Assembly (NCBI GenBank): GCA_002269645.1
Contig: NIVC01001007.1
Location: forward strand, 310,001 to 374,000
DNA: 64,000 bases
Direction: 5' to 3'
Origin: Macrostomum lignano
Taxonomy: Eukaryota
Position 1 is the first letter of the stretch. Every line of letters starts with the position of its first letter. The notes beneath the pieces were generated by a model. It searched no databases and had not been told where the DNA came from. It saw nothing but the letters and a program-made list of their open reading frames with translations. Shown here in pieces: positions 37,067 to 50,108 of the stretch. A program made the position numbers and the translations under genes.

Positions 37067-39040
37067 TAATGTATTAGTACAATTTTGGGTGAATAGTAGG
37101 AGTTAATATAACTGTATTATAAGGCTAAATACCTCATCATTGATTTATTACTATGTCCATATATTTGGATAGGCATTTTTGCAACTTAGGTTGGCTGTGC
37201 CCCTCACCCACCAGCCAAAATGTATATGCATGTATAATTTGAGATATTGTTGACTAAACTTAATTGGTGCTTTTGCATTTGGAGTTAAACTAGTCTTTGA
37301 TAAGTTTAGAGACAGTAAATAATCTATGTACTTTAAAGAACATATTTCTTAAAATTTATAAATGTGCCACCATTACTGATTAGATAATAGTTATCCTACT
37401 AAAATTTAGAGTTTAAAAGTTTATAAACATCAAACTGAGTCAAGAACTATAGAAAATTCTTTCTTTCATTTGTTATATTAATGATTACAAGGAATCCCTA
37501 AATGCTTTTGACTTTAAATATTGCTCATAAAAACTAAAATCCTAATTTCAATAACTTGATTGTCAAAGAAAATTTGACTAAGTACAAAAATTATCCAAAA
37601 TCTAAGCTTGGTTGGACCTACTAGTTTAGTCTTAATAATGCAGGCTCTAAATACAAAGCATAAAAAAGAAAACAAAAATAATGAAATTGAAGCTTCATAT
37701 TTAACATATATCTAAATATTTATTGACAAAGCAAAATTCTTTAGAAAACTTATCAAATATTTTTTCATCTGAAAACCTAAAAAATCATCTAGTGACTTCA
37801 TCTAGTAGCATAAAAGTAATAATTAAATTTTTTTTTCAAGAAAGAGTGTTGCTTAACCTGATAGATATGAATAAGATAATGAATTTGCTAGCAGGGTCCA
37901 ATAATTATATTTTTGTTAGCCTAGCCTATTGGAAGAGGATAATGGCTATAGCTTCTATTATTGTATATAATGGCCATGTAGTTACCACAGACATAACTTA
38001 TTGATATAAGGCCTAATAAAAAATATAAAAATAGAATATTCAATATAAAGCAACAAATTGTATTATATAATTTAAAAACAAAATGAGAAATGACTTTGTT
38101 TAGGACATAAAACTTTATTGTATTATATATAATTATTAAAATATATATTAGGCTAAAAATATTAGCTTCCATGGTATATATATTTGGGTGGCATTGGCAA
38201 TGTCCTAGTTTCCTACATTAAATTATTTTGACCCAAAATTTGAAACAAACAAACAAAAGCAAGTTTATTCAAGATTTAAAATGAGTCTTTGGTCTTAAAA
38301 CAGTATTACATAGTGCAGTAATGTGTTAGCTAGTACAGAAAGTTGCTAAAGCTCTTTTTGGGTAGAGTTGGCACTAGAGAAATTTGCTAAGCTAGGAGTC
38401 AAAAAGATCATCACTGGTGCCAAGTTGACTACAAAAATTTGCCTTCACATGAGCCCAGGTGCCTTCAATGGTATTCTTAATGACTGATCTCAAGGTCATA
38501 GAAGTTGGCCAATGGCCACAAATTGGCAGGAGGTAGGATATTTACAAGTGCTTGAGGTTATCCAGCCATGATTTACACTGAAAATAATGAAAATCAGGTC
38601 AAAATAACTTAAATGCAGGAAACTAAGACATTCCATTTGGGTTGAAAGTGATTTAATCTGCTACATTTTATTTGCCACTTCTATATCTGCTAATATTTGT
38701 GGAGTCATTTTGTTTGTTATGAAAAGCTATATATCAAGTTGTGGGACTTAGAATGGTGATGGAACAAGGTGGCCAGACCAATGTGGCCACAAAGCAAAAA
38801 ATTTTGAAAAAGAAATAAATAAAACTAAAAGTGCTGCTTATATACAAGCAATATGGTTCTTAATTTTAAGTAAATAAAGTTTTATAAGTAAGAAGTTGTT
38901 ACATTTGCATGATCATTATCAATTATCATTAACAGAGTTTAATTAGGCACTTAGGTTTAGGTAAATGGAATACATTTGTAATGTAATGTAATATTGTAAC
39001 TTCTCATCATACATAGGCCCTACTTTATAATTATATGACA

Positions 39041-39347
39041 CCCGCATAGCAAAATTACGTATCCAATAGAAAGTGGGACGTCTCCAATACGTAACTTTTT
39101 TGGTTGCAGGAACGTCCTTGATACGTATCCAATTTTTATGATCCTCTAAAGAAGCTCGTTTCTACAAAAATGGTGAACAGATAATGCTTGTAATTTTATT
39201 GATTATTTATTCCACCATTTTTGTAGAAACGAGCTTCTTTAGAGGATCATAAAAATTGGATACGTATCAAGGACGTTCCTGCAACCAAAAAAGTTACGTA
39301 TTGGAGACGTCCCACTTTCTATTGGATACGTAATTTTGCTATGCGGG
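39041..39347. mobile_element. Foldback/MITE with perfect 135-bp inverted arms and a 37-bp spacer
   Basis: Arms 39041-39175 and 39213-39347 are exact reverse complements; flanks ATATGACA / ACATGACA may be an 8-bp TSD with one mismatch. Confidence 0.88.
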
Positions 39348-41174
39348 ACATGACAATTAAAGTAACATGCCAATTAATTACTATCTAAGTTATGGTATAT
39401 TATGTTCTTTTTTGCATTTTTGGTCTCATTGGCTTGTCATTAATGTTAGTTACCTATAATTTGTCATTATTTATGCAAATTTGTTAATCAGTAAGAGTTA
39501 GTGCAAAATCTTACATTGAATATTTAATAAATTCTTATTAATGCTTATTAATGGATTAGCACTTATTAACGTAATGGTGTCCGTATTTACTTAAAACAAT
39601 CTGTATTTATACCAATAGATAATGAAGACGAATTCGTACCAATAGATAATCAAGACAAAATAAATTCTATGGTATCTGACGAATTTTACAAGCTTAAAGT
39701 TTCATGAGTGTACAAAAAATTGCGGACATTAATCTTTTAAAACGCGTTAAGTTTAGTTAGGACTCAAACAGCGTTTGTTTATGCCGAGAAAAAATTATGT
39801 TCTTTTGTAAAAATATTTATTAGTCAAATTTTATTTAACGATTGTCTACTTTATGCATTTTAATAAAATCTAGTAATAAAGGTTTTGTTTTAACTTACAT
39901 ATACTGAACTCTTTACAAATTTTTAACAAATATATTTTCGCTCCATTTTGAAGGCGCAAAACCAGATTCAATTTACTCTACAACCTCCTAAATTTGTGCT
40001 TAGAAGTGTGATTGTAAACCTATTCATATTGTTCATATTTCCAGCGTATATGGTCAAAATAAGTGCTTAATTCAGTTTTGTCCCAAAAAGTCTATGAAAT
40101 TTGCGATTCATTTAAGTTACTCTCTTAAAACTGTGATATAATAGGTGAGTCCATTTGCTTTGACCTGCTTTCGCTTAATTGTTAATACTGGTGTGTTTAA
40201 ACTGTTAGATATATAAAAATTTTACTTATTGTCTATTGTTTATTTATCCTACACTAACTCTTCAATTATTTCGTTTAAAACCTCAGCCATAATGTCAAAG
40301 ATAAGCAAGATAGGCCTAACTCTATAATTGTTAATTGATCATCACCCAGTGACCTAGGTTCATTTTTACTATTTAAATAAGGAAATACATAAAAACCTTG
40401 AGACCATAGCCTGTATTACTAAACAAAAACAATATATGACATATGGTTACAATGTTGTGTGTTTAATATTTTTTATTAATTTTATAATTATAAAATTATC
40501 ATAATTAAGAGTAAGACAACCTATGATGGCTATGAATCATTATTTATTTCACTATTTTAAATGTACAATGCTCAACAGTTTAGGAGAGAGCCTACTAGAT
40601 ACTATCTTTATTATTATAATCTAACAATGCTTACTTTTTGATCAGTTTTTTTCTATATTAGTATATAATTTGTATAGATAGGCCTAAATTTAATTGATAA
40701 ATAGGCCTGAAGTAAAAATTTTAGCTTTATTCAAATTATTTAACATAATTCATTATAATATGAATTATATATACTATATTATTTAATTTTATACCATAAC
40801 TCAAAATTCAAATTCAATTCCATAATTCAAAATTTAATAACTCTGAATTTAATAGCCTTATTTTTATTTTATATTAAAGTTAACAATTAAAATCTTTTAA
40901 ATGATTAATAAATATTTATACATTTCATAATAGGCTGTTTTGGTTATGGAAAATAATTTAAAGTAAACAATTTTATAGAGTTGATATATTGTCTTTGGTA
41001 GTTTATTTCATTTAATTAATTTAATGTGAAATATTATCAAGAAACTAAGATGTTAATATTTTTTAGAGTTTTATAGAATTTTAATTTAACTAAACCTTGT
41101 TCAATATTTTTACCTATGTGAATGAAAATAATTAAGCAATTCTTACAAAATAAAATTTTCACAGGCCAAACATA

Positions 41175-44100
41175 ATGCGAACAAAAACTCAGCCAGGTGG
41201 CAGCAACAGTTGCAAGTCTTCATCTGGCGCCCCATCTGAAGCTGGCGATGTCTCTGTCCCTGCCACAGCCTCCATGGCTACCTCTAGCACTGCTGCTACC
41301 TCGCCAACCCCAGTGAAGAAGTCAGATCGCCTGGCTAAAAAGCGACTCCTTGGCGGCCCCCTGACTGGTCTGGCCGCAGCTGCCATGGCCGCCATCTCCC
41401 GGCCAGCCAAGCGAGCTCGAACTTCAACAGCTGGCAGAGCTGCCAGTCCCAGTGTCAGCCAAGATCCCGCCGCAGAAGCGGCTGGCTTGTCCAACCAATC
41501 TACTAAGCCGTCAAAGCGCGGCCGACCGCCAAATCCTGATAAAATTTCGCGGCCTGTCACCCAGCGACGGTCTGTGGGCCGACCGCCAACTAAAGCTCTG
41601 CAGGTGCCAATGAAGGTGATGCATCAATACGAGGAGCGCCAGCAGCAACTGAGGCGCAAAGCCGCCGCTTTAAAAGATCAGGCTAGTGATGAGCAGGCTC
41701 AGAAACAGGAGCAACAGGCTCCTCTGCTGCCATTGGCTGCTCAGCGTCGTAGCCTCGATACCAATGTTGTTGTTAGGCTTCGCAGGCTGAGCTCAAACGA
41801 TGCCGAGGTTCTAGCAGCCGCCGCCGCTGCTAGGGACGCTATCTCTTCGTTACCAGGGAGACGGTCTACAGACACATTGGAGTGCAATAAGCAATTGAAA
41901 CGGTTGGTTAAATTAAATTGTATTTTCATGTTAATAGTCTTTCTTTGTGTGCTAGGGATGTTATTTGACTTACCTGTAATCTTGGTACATAAATTATTAT
42001 GAAAGATAAAGTACAAGACAATCACGAACTGTTAGAACCAGCAGAATGATGGAAAGTTTAGAGTAGAAAGATTAATATACATAAGGTAAAACAGATAGGA
42101 AGCACATGAGAATGCGATTGAAGATGTAGGGGATTAGCATCAATGAAATAGAAGATTTGAGATATGTATGATTTAGGATATGGGGGATCAGAAACTGGAG
42201 ATTATATATTTTGGGGTTCAGGGACGTACATGATTTGAGATATTGGGGATCAGGGACCTACGGGATTTGGAATATTGGGAATCAGGGACACACGGGATTA
42301 AGGATATTGGGGATCAGGGACCTACGGGATTTGGAATATTGGGAATCAGGGACACACGGGATTAAGGATATTGGGGATCAGGGACCTACGGGATTTGGAA
42401 TATTGGGGATCAGGGACACACGTGATTAAGGATACTGGGTATCATGGAAATACGGGATTAAGGATATTGGAGATCAGGGACACACGGGATTAAGGATATT
42501 GGGGATCAGGGACACACGAGATTAATGATATTGGGGATCAGGGACACACGGGATTAAGGATATTGGGGATCAGGGACACACGGGATTAATGATATTGGGG
42601 ATCAGGGACGTACAGCATTTGGGTATTGAAGATCAGAGGTGTCGAATAGTCATGTCCCCATGCCTGATCTCTATGTTCCTAATCCCCTATATTCTTATCT
42701 CCCGAATAAAAGAGACTAATGGTGCTCTCAAATTCACAGGCTGGTATCGTCACTGCGAGACGTGTGCCCAGCCGGCTACCGGGCCTGCTCCCTGATCGAT
42801 CCTGGCGAAGTCAACGCCGAGGCCGAAGCAAAAGTAGCCGGCCTGGCCTGTCTTGGCCTGGTGCCATCTGAGGCTGGGCAGGCTATCCGGGAAGCTATCC
42901 AGGTTTGTTTCGCAGTTTCTGCGTTTTGAGTTAGCAGCCCCGCTGGATGTTAGATAGATCGTCTGAGTTTTACACTCTTTTTTTCAGAATTTCAGACAGA
43001 TCTTGTCAGTTTGAAATAGACGCCAGATTTAGATTGACCTCAATTTTAGAGAGACCCTGGTTTTAAGTTAGACCTCAGTTTTAGGTAGACCCACAGTTTG
43101 AGTTTTAGATAGACCCTCAGTTTTAGATAGACCCCATTTTTAGATTGACCTCAGGTTTAGATTGACCTCAGTTTTAGATAGACCCCATTTTTAGATTGAC
43201 CTTAGTTTTAGATAGACCTTAGTTTTAGAGAGACCCAGGTTTTTAGTTAGACCTCAGTTTTAGATAGATGTCCGTTTTAGTTGGATCAACCCAGTTTTAG
43301 ATAGACCTCTCTATCGTAGACCTCAAAGCTTGAGTCTCCACCCACCCGCTATGCAGGGCCAGGCGCTCCGGCTGCAGCTTCACCGAGCCACATCGTCTCG
43401 CCAGCCAATGCGGCTCTGCCGTCACGTGCACAAGCGCAAGCCCGACCCCAACATCCTGGTGCTGCACAACGGCAAGTACATCTCCAAGGAGGAGGTCCGG
43501 CAGCAGAAGCAGGCTGCTCAAGTTGCTAACGCCGCAGCCGCCGCCGCCTCCTCCATGGAACAGCAGAAGCGTCGTCGCCTAGCAACCGGCCTAGCAACCG
43601 CTTCAAGTTCGAAAACAACAACGGGAGGTCGACGGCGTCACGCCGGGCAGGAGCATCGGCATCGACTGTGGCCGCTCTGCCGGCAGCCAAACCTTCGGGC
43701 GTCCAGCCAGCCGACTTTCAGCCTGCACCCGGGCTCCGCTAAGTTTGTCAAAGATGCCGACGTGGCCAGCGACTCGCTTGGCGGAGTTCTGTCCGAGGAC
43801 GACTTCGAAGAGGAATACGAGGAGGAGCTGCTGGATGAAGAGCCGGACGATGGCGAGGACTCTGAAGGCGTTGCCAGTTCCGTTGAACCGGCTGGCACGG
43901 CCAAATCAACTGCTTCCAGCGGCTCGCAAGGATTCGAAGTGGCCGGTCTGGCTCAGGGTCAGACAGACGATCCTGCTAGCGAGAAGCAGAGTCTGCAACG
44001 ACGAAAGCAGCAGACTCGACCGGAAGCACTGCAGAGCTCCGAAGATCGGCATCAGTCCATGATCAAGCGGGAGCCGCGGGTTGCCATTCGCCGATTCGGT

Positions 44101-47100
44101 AAGCGTCGTCAAGTCGGCACAGCGGCGGCGGCGGCGGCGGCTTCAAGGAAGAAGCAGGAAATCGAGAACGAAGACGATTCGGTGTCGTCTGCCTCGGGTC
44201 ACGGCGGCATTCGCCGATCGAAGCGTAAAGTTGATCTCAGATCGAAACTGCTGCAGTGGAACATGTTTAGCGAGGAGCGGAAGCAGCAGCAAAGAGACCA
44301 GGCGGCGATGCCCGGCGGCGCCAAGCCGAAGGTCAGCATCATGGACAGTGACAAGAAGCGGCACGCACCAGTCGGCGTTGAAACCCAATTGAACAAACTG
44401 TGGCAGCAATCAACCGGCGGCAATAAGAAGAAAAAGAAGCGCCTACAGAAGCAGCCAATGTCGCCGCTAAGCTTGCCGTGGTCCAGCACTGCCGCTGCTG
44501 ATGGTGGCGGAGATGCCAAAGAGTTCCCTGACAACAACAACTCGGCAACAGTTGACACCGGCATCAAGTCGGAGAATCAGCAAGCGGACAACAACGATCC
44601 GTCCACGGTGCCGAAATCGACATCGAGCGGCGCCGGCCGGCAGGAGCGGAAGCAGATTTTTGGCAGCGGCGTGACGCCCGCATTTCCACTGTCGCACAGC
44701 CTGACCAGGGAGCTGCAGGCGCTCACTAACGATCTGAGCTGCGACGTTGAAATTCAACGCTCAATGCCGTTCGACAAGTTCATTGTTAACGTTGTAGATT
44801 TGAGCCTGGGCGATTTAGAAACTTTGCAGGAACGTTTAGACGATTCGTCTTTTAAATTGCGCGCGGTGAAGCACAAACTGGTGAACAGTACAGGCCTGGT
44901 GTTCTGTGCCGTTCTTGTCCAGAGAAAGTCCAATGTTATTCGCAGCATTCGCAGGATGTTAGACAGCGCTGATAATTGGGAGAGCTCCAGCTCAAATGCT
45001 GAGGATGCCGAAGAGGAAACTGCCGAAGAGAAGGCCGCTATTGCTAATCTGTCTGCTTCTGTGTCTGCTAACGCTACTGCGACTGCCGCTTGCAGCAGCG
45101 CCGGCGTTGCCCAGTTCACCTCCGAGGAGGTCAAAGCTGCCATCAGCTATGTTCGAATCGAGAAAGCGGCGGCCGCTGCTGCCACCGGCGCCGCGTCAGC
45201 TAGTTCAACTGGAAGCGACGGCAACGCACCGGAAGCAGAAACGGAAGCCGCTGTTGCGATGCTACAACAGCAGGAACAGCAACAGCCTCCGCCGCCGCCT
45301 CCGCCCCCGCCGCCGCCTCCGCCCCCGCCGCCGCCTCCTCAGCCGCGCCAACCGACAGCATTTGAGCTGCTAAAGATGCAACGCCGTCAACAGCAGAGCC
45401 AGCATCAGAAGCATCAGCAGCCACATTCTCCATCGCTGTTGCCAACGCAGACTGTGCATCTACGTCACGGATCTGGTAGTCAGTCGGCTGTACCTGTCGG
45501 TGTACTCTCTGCTCAGCCGAATCAACAGGCCGCTGCTCCAGCACAACGGCATTGTCAGGTTCGACCAGCCTATCCTGGCATTGTGCTACGGCATCCTAGC
45601 GGGGCATCACTGAGCTCGCAGCCTTATCAACGGGTGCCTGTGGCCTCTCCTAATCTGACTCGGCTGGCTCCTGTTAGCTCGGGCAACTCCCTGTTCCGGT
45701 CCATCCTACCAATGCAGCAGCCGCAGCAGCCCCCGCAGTTGTCTACAGCGTCTTCTACAACAGCAGCACCAGTTGCCACCGCAACCGCTGCGGCGTCAAC
45801 TTCGACAACAATTCGAATGCCGGCACCGAATCGAGTGTTTAATGTACACGTCAGCGCGTCCAATCAGACCGAACAGCCGCGCCAAGGTCCTAAACGCAAA
45901 TCTATGATTGTCTTACCGGAAGGCGACACTCTGTTTATCGAGGGCAATCATCCCAATCTTGAGTCGGTTATTAACAGCGTGCTGGAGTCTCGGCCGGCTT
46001 ATCGTCAGTCCAGAGCCGACGCCGCTGCCACCGCTGTCGCCACCGCAACGACACCAGCTGTCTCGTTGGCCAGTTCGACAAGTTCGAGCCAGCTGGAGTC
46101 CCCAGTAGCACCTACGCATCAGGTCCATCAGGCGCCGTCGTCCGTCAGAATGGTGCAGCAGTTTCCCAAGACCACGGCTATTATTAAGAATAGTTTTAAA
46201 ACTATGCAACAGCAACAGCAGCAATTGCTTCTTCAAGGTGTGGCTGCATCGTCTGCTACTACTGCTACTCCAGCGTCTAGTAGTAGTTACACTGTCACTT
46301 CGGTTAAAATTCGCAATCCAAACTCACGACCGACTAGTGGCGACAATGTGTCCAGCGTATTCGATAGCGCCTCAGTAGGTGCTCCATCTAGCAGCAGCGA
46401 ACTGACTACTCAATCGGCTGTGTCTGCTCAACCGTTTCGTGTCAGCTTCAAAGAGTACATGAATGTGAAGCTGAAGATGGAGCAGCAGCGGCAGGATGAA
46501 TTGGAGCAGACACGCGGTCGACTGATTGATCACCTTGGACGGGCCGGCGCGGCGGCCGTTGCGGCTCCAACAGTCGCTAGCATCGCGGCACCTGGCAATA
46601 CAGCAGTAGTAGCAGCAGATGCGGCCAATACCATTGTGTCTGCTTCAAGCGCTACAGCTGCTGCTACTGCTGCTGCTGCTGGCAACAAAAGAATCATGTT
46701 TCCCTATAGTGTGTCGGTGCCCAAATGGGCTACTAGAGGACAGCAGCAGCAACAGCAGGAAGTGTCAAATCAGGCATCTGCAACTCAGTCTCCTGTAGCT
46801 AACCATCCCGCAGTGGCTACTAGCAGTAGTGCTACCAGCATTAGTAGCAGTCCCGGTTCTGCGCCAACCTCCACTGCACCAATTGGTATTGTTCACGGTA
46901 AAGTGTCCGTTCTGCGAACTGCTGTCGCCTCCGCAGCAACTTCGGCTGGGACTGCTGCAACTCCAACTGCATCGGTTGCTCCGCCAGTTCTAGTTCTGGC
47001 GGCTGCTCAGCGCACCACAGATCTGCAACGACAAGCGGCCGTGTTTCCCATGAGCTTGTTGAAGAAGAGTACAATTCTGCAGATGCCGCAGGGTGTCCTG

Positions 47101-47253
47101 TCGACTAATAGTAATACTACTACGGCTGCGGCTACTTCAAGTTCGACTTCGTCACCACCCGGTGGAGAAGCCGCCGCTAATACCGTTTCTGCTTCGACTG
47201 CTTCTTCGGGTGTTTCCGCTGTTAGTAGAAGCTCTTCATCGCCAACGAAATGA
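41175..47253 (+). CDS. Large AT-hook-containing low-complexity protein of unknown family, about 1595 aa; exons 41175-41902, 42740-42902, 43357-47253
   Basis: 3.9-kb open exon; in-frame GT-AG joins (the exon 3 acceptor choice is uncertain); KRGRPP and VGRPP AT-hook-like motifs, basic NLS-like runs, acidic tract, poly-Q/P/A. Confidence 0.75.
42165..42625. repeat. 32-bp minisatellite (GGGATTAAGGATATTGGGGATCAGGGACACAC)n, intron 1 of the AT-hook gene
   Basis: Direct observation. Confidence 0.92.
43005..43310. repeat. Degenerate (TTTTAGATAGACC..)n repeat, intron 2 of the AT-hook gene
   Basis: Direct observation. Confidence 0.85.
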
Positions 47254-49149
47254 TGCTGCATGAACACTGTAAGCTATTTTATAGTTTGACGCAAATAATG
47301 ACCATACTGTTTTGCTTCAAAAAAGAGTTGCAAAAGTTAAGCAGACTTTGACAGGAACTTATTAACAATTAATGAACGCAATTGTCACCTTTGGTATTAT
47401 TTAATTCTGTGTAAGTAGTCCATTGCAAGTAGTTCAAAAAACTAGAATAATCATTTGTATAACACAGTGAAAACACACATTTTACTGCAGCTGAATATAC
47501 TACTGCATGCAGTACGTCAGTCAGCTTTCTCTATAACTTAGCATCTATGGTGGTTTTGCTTTTTGTTAATTTGCTTGTCTAATATAAATGCCATTATTTA
47601 TTTTGTTAAAACAAAACTATAAATATTATTTTGTCAATTGGCGGTAAAGTATTATTATAGTAACAATTATTAATTAATAGTAGACTAGTTGTGCTTACTT
47701 CAATGTGTTTTGTTCTAAATTTCATAAATCTTGCCTCAAGTTGGGCTTTTCTTTATTTTTTATGGTCAAAATTGCTCTCTGGCTGGCAATAAATTTGTTG
47801 CTAATTAAATCACAATGAAAATCCCCATTAGTGAGTAGCTAGATACGCTTCGTGCAATCATTTTATAAACTTATCAATAGTTTAAAACGCTGTTTCTTTC
47901 ATTTCTAAATGCTACCCACTGTAAGTCAATATTTTTTCATTCATTTGTTTCTGTTTGTTTTAAAATAAAATGAAAATAATTCTGTATCGAACACTTCAAA
48001 AATATTATATTCGTGCTTGCTTGCTTACTTACTAGTAGTAGTATTTGTCTTGTCTAAATTTTGCATGTCATTAATTAACTTATTAACTTATATTATATAT
48101 TGTTAAACAACACAATGCACTACTTGCGGTACAGTAATATCTGTGCTGCAGTGTTCAAATGACTCGATTGTAATTTGGATTCTCCATCCCGCAAAATGCT
48201 TTTCAGTTTTGTCTGTCTGTTTTGCCTTGGTTAATTTCAGTGTTTCAGGGGCCAAGCACCACAGCTCAGAGAGTGTGCGATTAGACAGTCAGGGCTGGGG
48301 TTGTGGAATGTCGCCCGAATTTTACAAACTCTTGCTTGAAATGCCCGAAATTGAAATCTCTGTTACTCCACCCACATAATGTACATGTATTCGTGTTGCA
48401 TGTGCATGTGTCCCTCCAGTAAAAGCTATTACATGTAAGGGGATATGCCAATGCTTTTTGCCCCCTCCACCCCACGTTGTGAACCGTTGTTTCAGGGCGT
48501 CGCCTGCTAAGACAATTTATTGAGATTTGCTTCAGGCAACAGACCCCTCCAATTCTCCGATTACGTCATATATTACCTCTCATAGAAGCAGATATATGTA
48601 CAATTGAAACTGACTTTTTCGTTGCACATTATGTTATAGTATCATCCGATTCATACCCAAACAAACCTCCACCTAAATTTGACACAATACCCCTGAATTG
48701 TTTAGGTGTAGGTATAGGTGCGTGTTATCAATGCAAAACTCGAGACTGAATTGGGGCTTCATAAGAACCAAATTCCACAACACCAAAAATTACTGCATGT
48801 TCCTTGTTCTATTTAGTTTTCTATGATATGAAATTTGAAATAAATGTAATGTACATGTAGCTGTTTATAAATAGTCTGCATGTCGCGACTTATACAGTTC
48901 TCAGCGTTTGTAATTAATGTGCATCGTCCTTTCACGTGGCATTCATTCAGCGGCTTGCGTGCCTCTTCGCATTATTTGAGTGGCTTCCGTTGTATGCGAT
49001 GCGTGTCAGGACAGTGAACTAGCCCAGTCCAAAAATTGTGTCTAATGTGTGTCCTGGATACCCCGTCTTGCAGCCTACAAGGCAGTACAGTGTTGACGGT
49101 AATCCTGAATCTGTCACCGAACTTTCCGCTCAGTGATGTCGTGCTCCAA

Positions 49150-49500
49150 AGCAACGCCCTGTCGGACCAGTTGAAGACCCGACTGTTCCAGGCAAGCGGT
49201 GCTCCTCTACAACGCCGAGACATGGACCATAACGGAGGTCCTGGAGCGAAAACTGGACGCGGTGCACTCCAGCCTGCTACGCGCTACCTTCAACATCCAC
49301 CGTGACGCCGAGCACGTCACCAACCAGGCCCTCTGTCAACGGGCCAAGCTGGGCCCTCCCAGCATGACCCTGCGACAGCGACGCCTGAAGCTGGCGGGTC
49401 GCGTCATCCGTGCCGCGTCAACTGCCCAGAACTCCTTCCGCGGGGCAGGCCCGGACCGGAGGTTCGTCGACTGTGTTGACGGAAGGTGCCAAGTCGCCTG
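49150..49500 (+). mobile_element. 3' fragment of an RTE-like non-LTR retrotransposon ORF (frameshifted)
   Basis: LSDQLKTRLFQA / AVLLYNAETWTITEVLERKLDA...HVTNQAL...RRLKLAGRVIR is typical of the region C-terminal to the RT domain. Confidence 0.8.
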
Positions 49501-49690
49501 ATCAGGCCAACGGTGTTGCCTTTATTAGAGACTGTGCGACTAAGCCTGTTTTTTTGACATTGTCCCCCCTTTTCCTGACCACTTTGTGGTCGGAGGACCT
49601 TGTATCTATTGTATGTATTGTCACCGAACTAGCTGCAGCCTCCAGCTTCATGCTTCCGGAAAAACTGTAGCTCAATGGAATTTAGCCTGA

Positions 49691-49907
49691 TACATGTACT
49701 CAACAACACTGAAAAGTCGCCATGCATCACAGAAGATTCCGTCAGTGGTCGCCACTTTTGAGTGCAGGTAAAGTCTCTCAATCTTTGCGAGTGACGCAAC
49801 TTGCAGCTACGCCGCGGAAGACTTGAGTTGAGGAATGAAGTGGGGCCAAGAGATATTGCTCACTGGCGCATCGAGTGGCGACTTTTCAATGTGGCTGAGT
49901 ATACGTA
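49691..49907. mobile_element. MITE of about 215 bp with Tc1/mariner-like TIRs flanked by TA
   Basis: TACTCAACAACACTGAAAAGTCGCCA versus the reverse complement of the right end, TACTCAGCCACATTGAAAAGTCGCCA. Confidence 0.7.
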
Positions 49908-50108
49908 GCTCGTACTTTAATCATGCTTACGGGCGTATCTATTGATAAAACTTATCCAGCCGATTGTCTGCCTTAGACTTAGAGTTCTCAGCCATAGACA
50001 ATTGATGATATTAATACTCCCCAATCGAGAACTTAATAACGTGTATAAGCTGTCATTGCACTGGCATTAAATAGGTTAGATTACATCAGACTGATTCACA
50101 AAAGAAGA

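Noticed and set aside
37723-38172. AT-rich ORFs 37723-38004 and 37921-38172
   Set aside because: Composition is unlike the GC-rich exons of the real genes, and there are no motifs or splice support.
40311-40710. TAGGCCTA palindromes upstream of the AT-hook gene
   Set aside because: Only two perfect copies; cannot be separated from genome-wide word bias.
48504-48522. CTGCTAAGACAATTTATTG resembling a flatworm spliced-leader sequence as I recall it
   Set aside because: The match is gapped and from memory, and it lacks the terminal ATG|GT donor and an Sm site.
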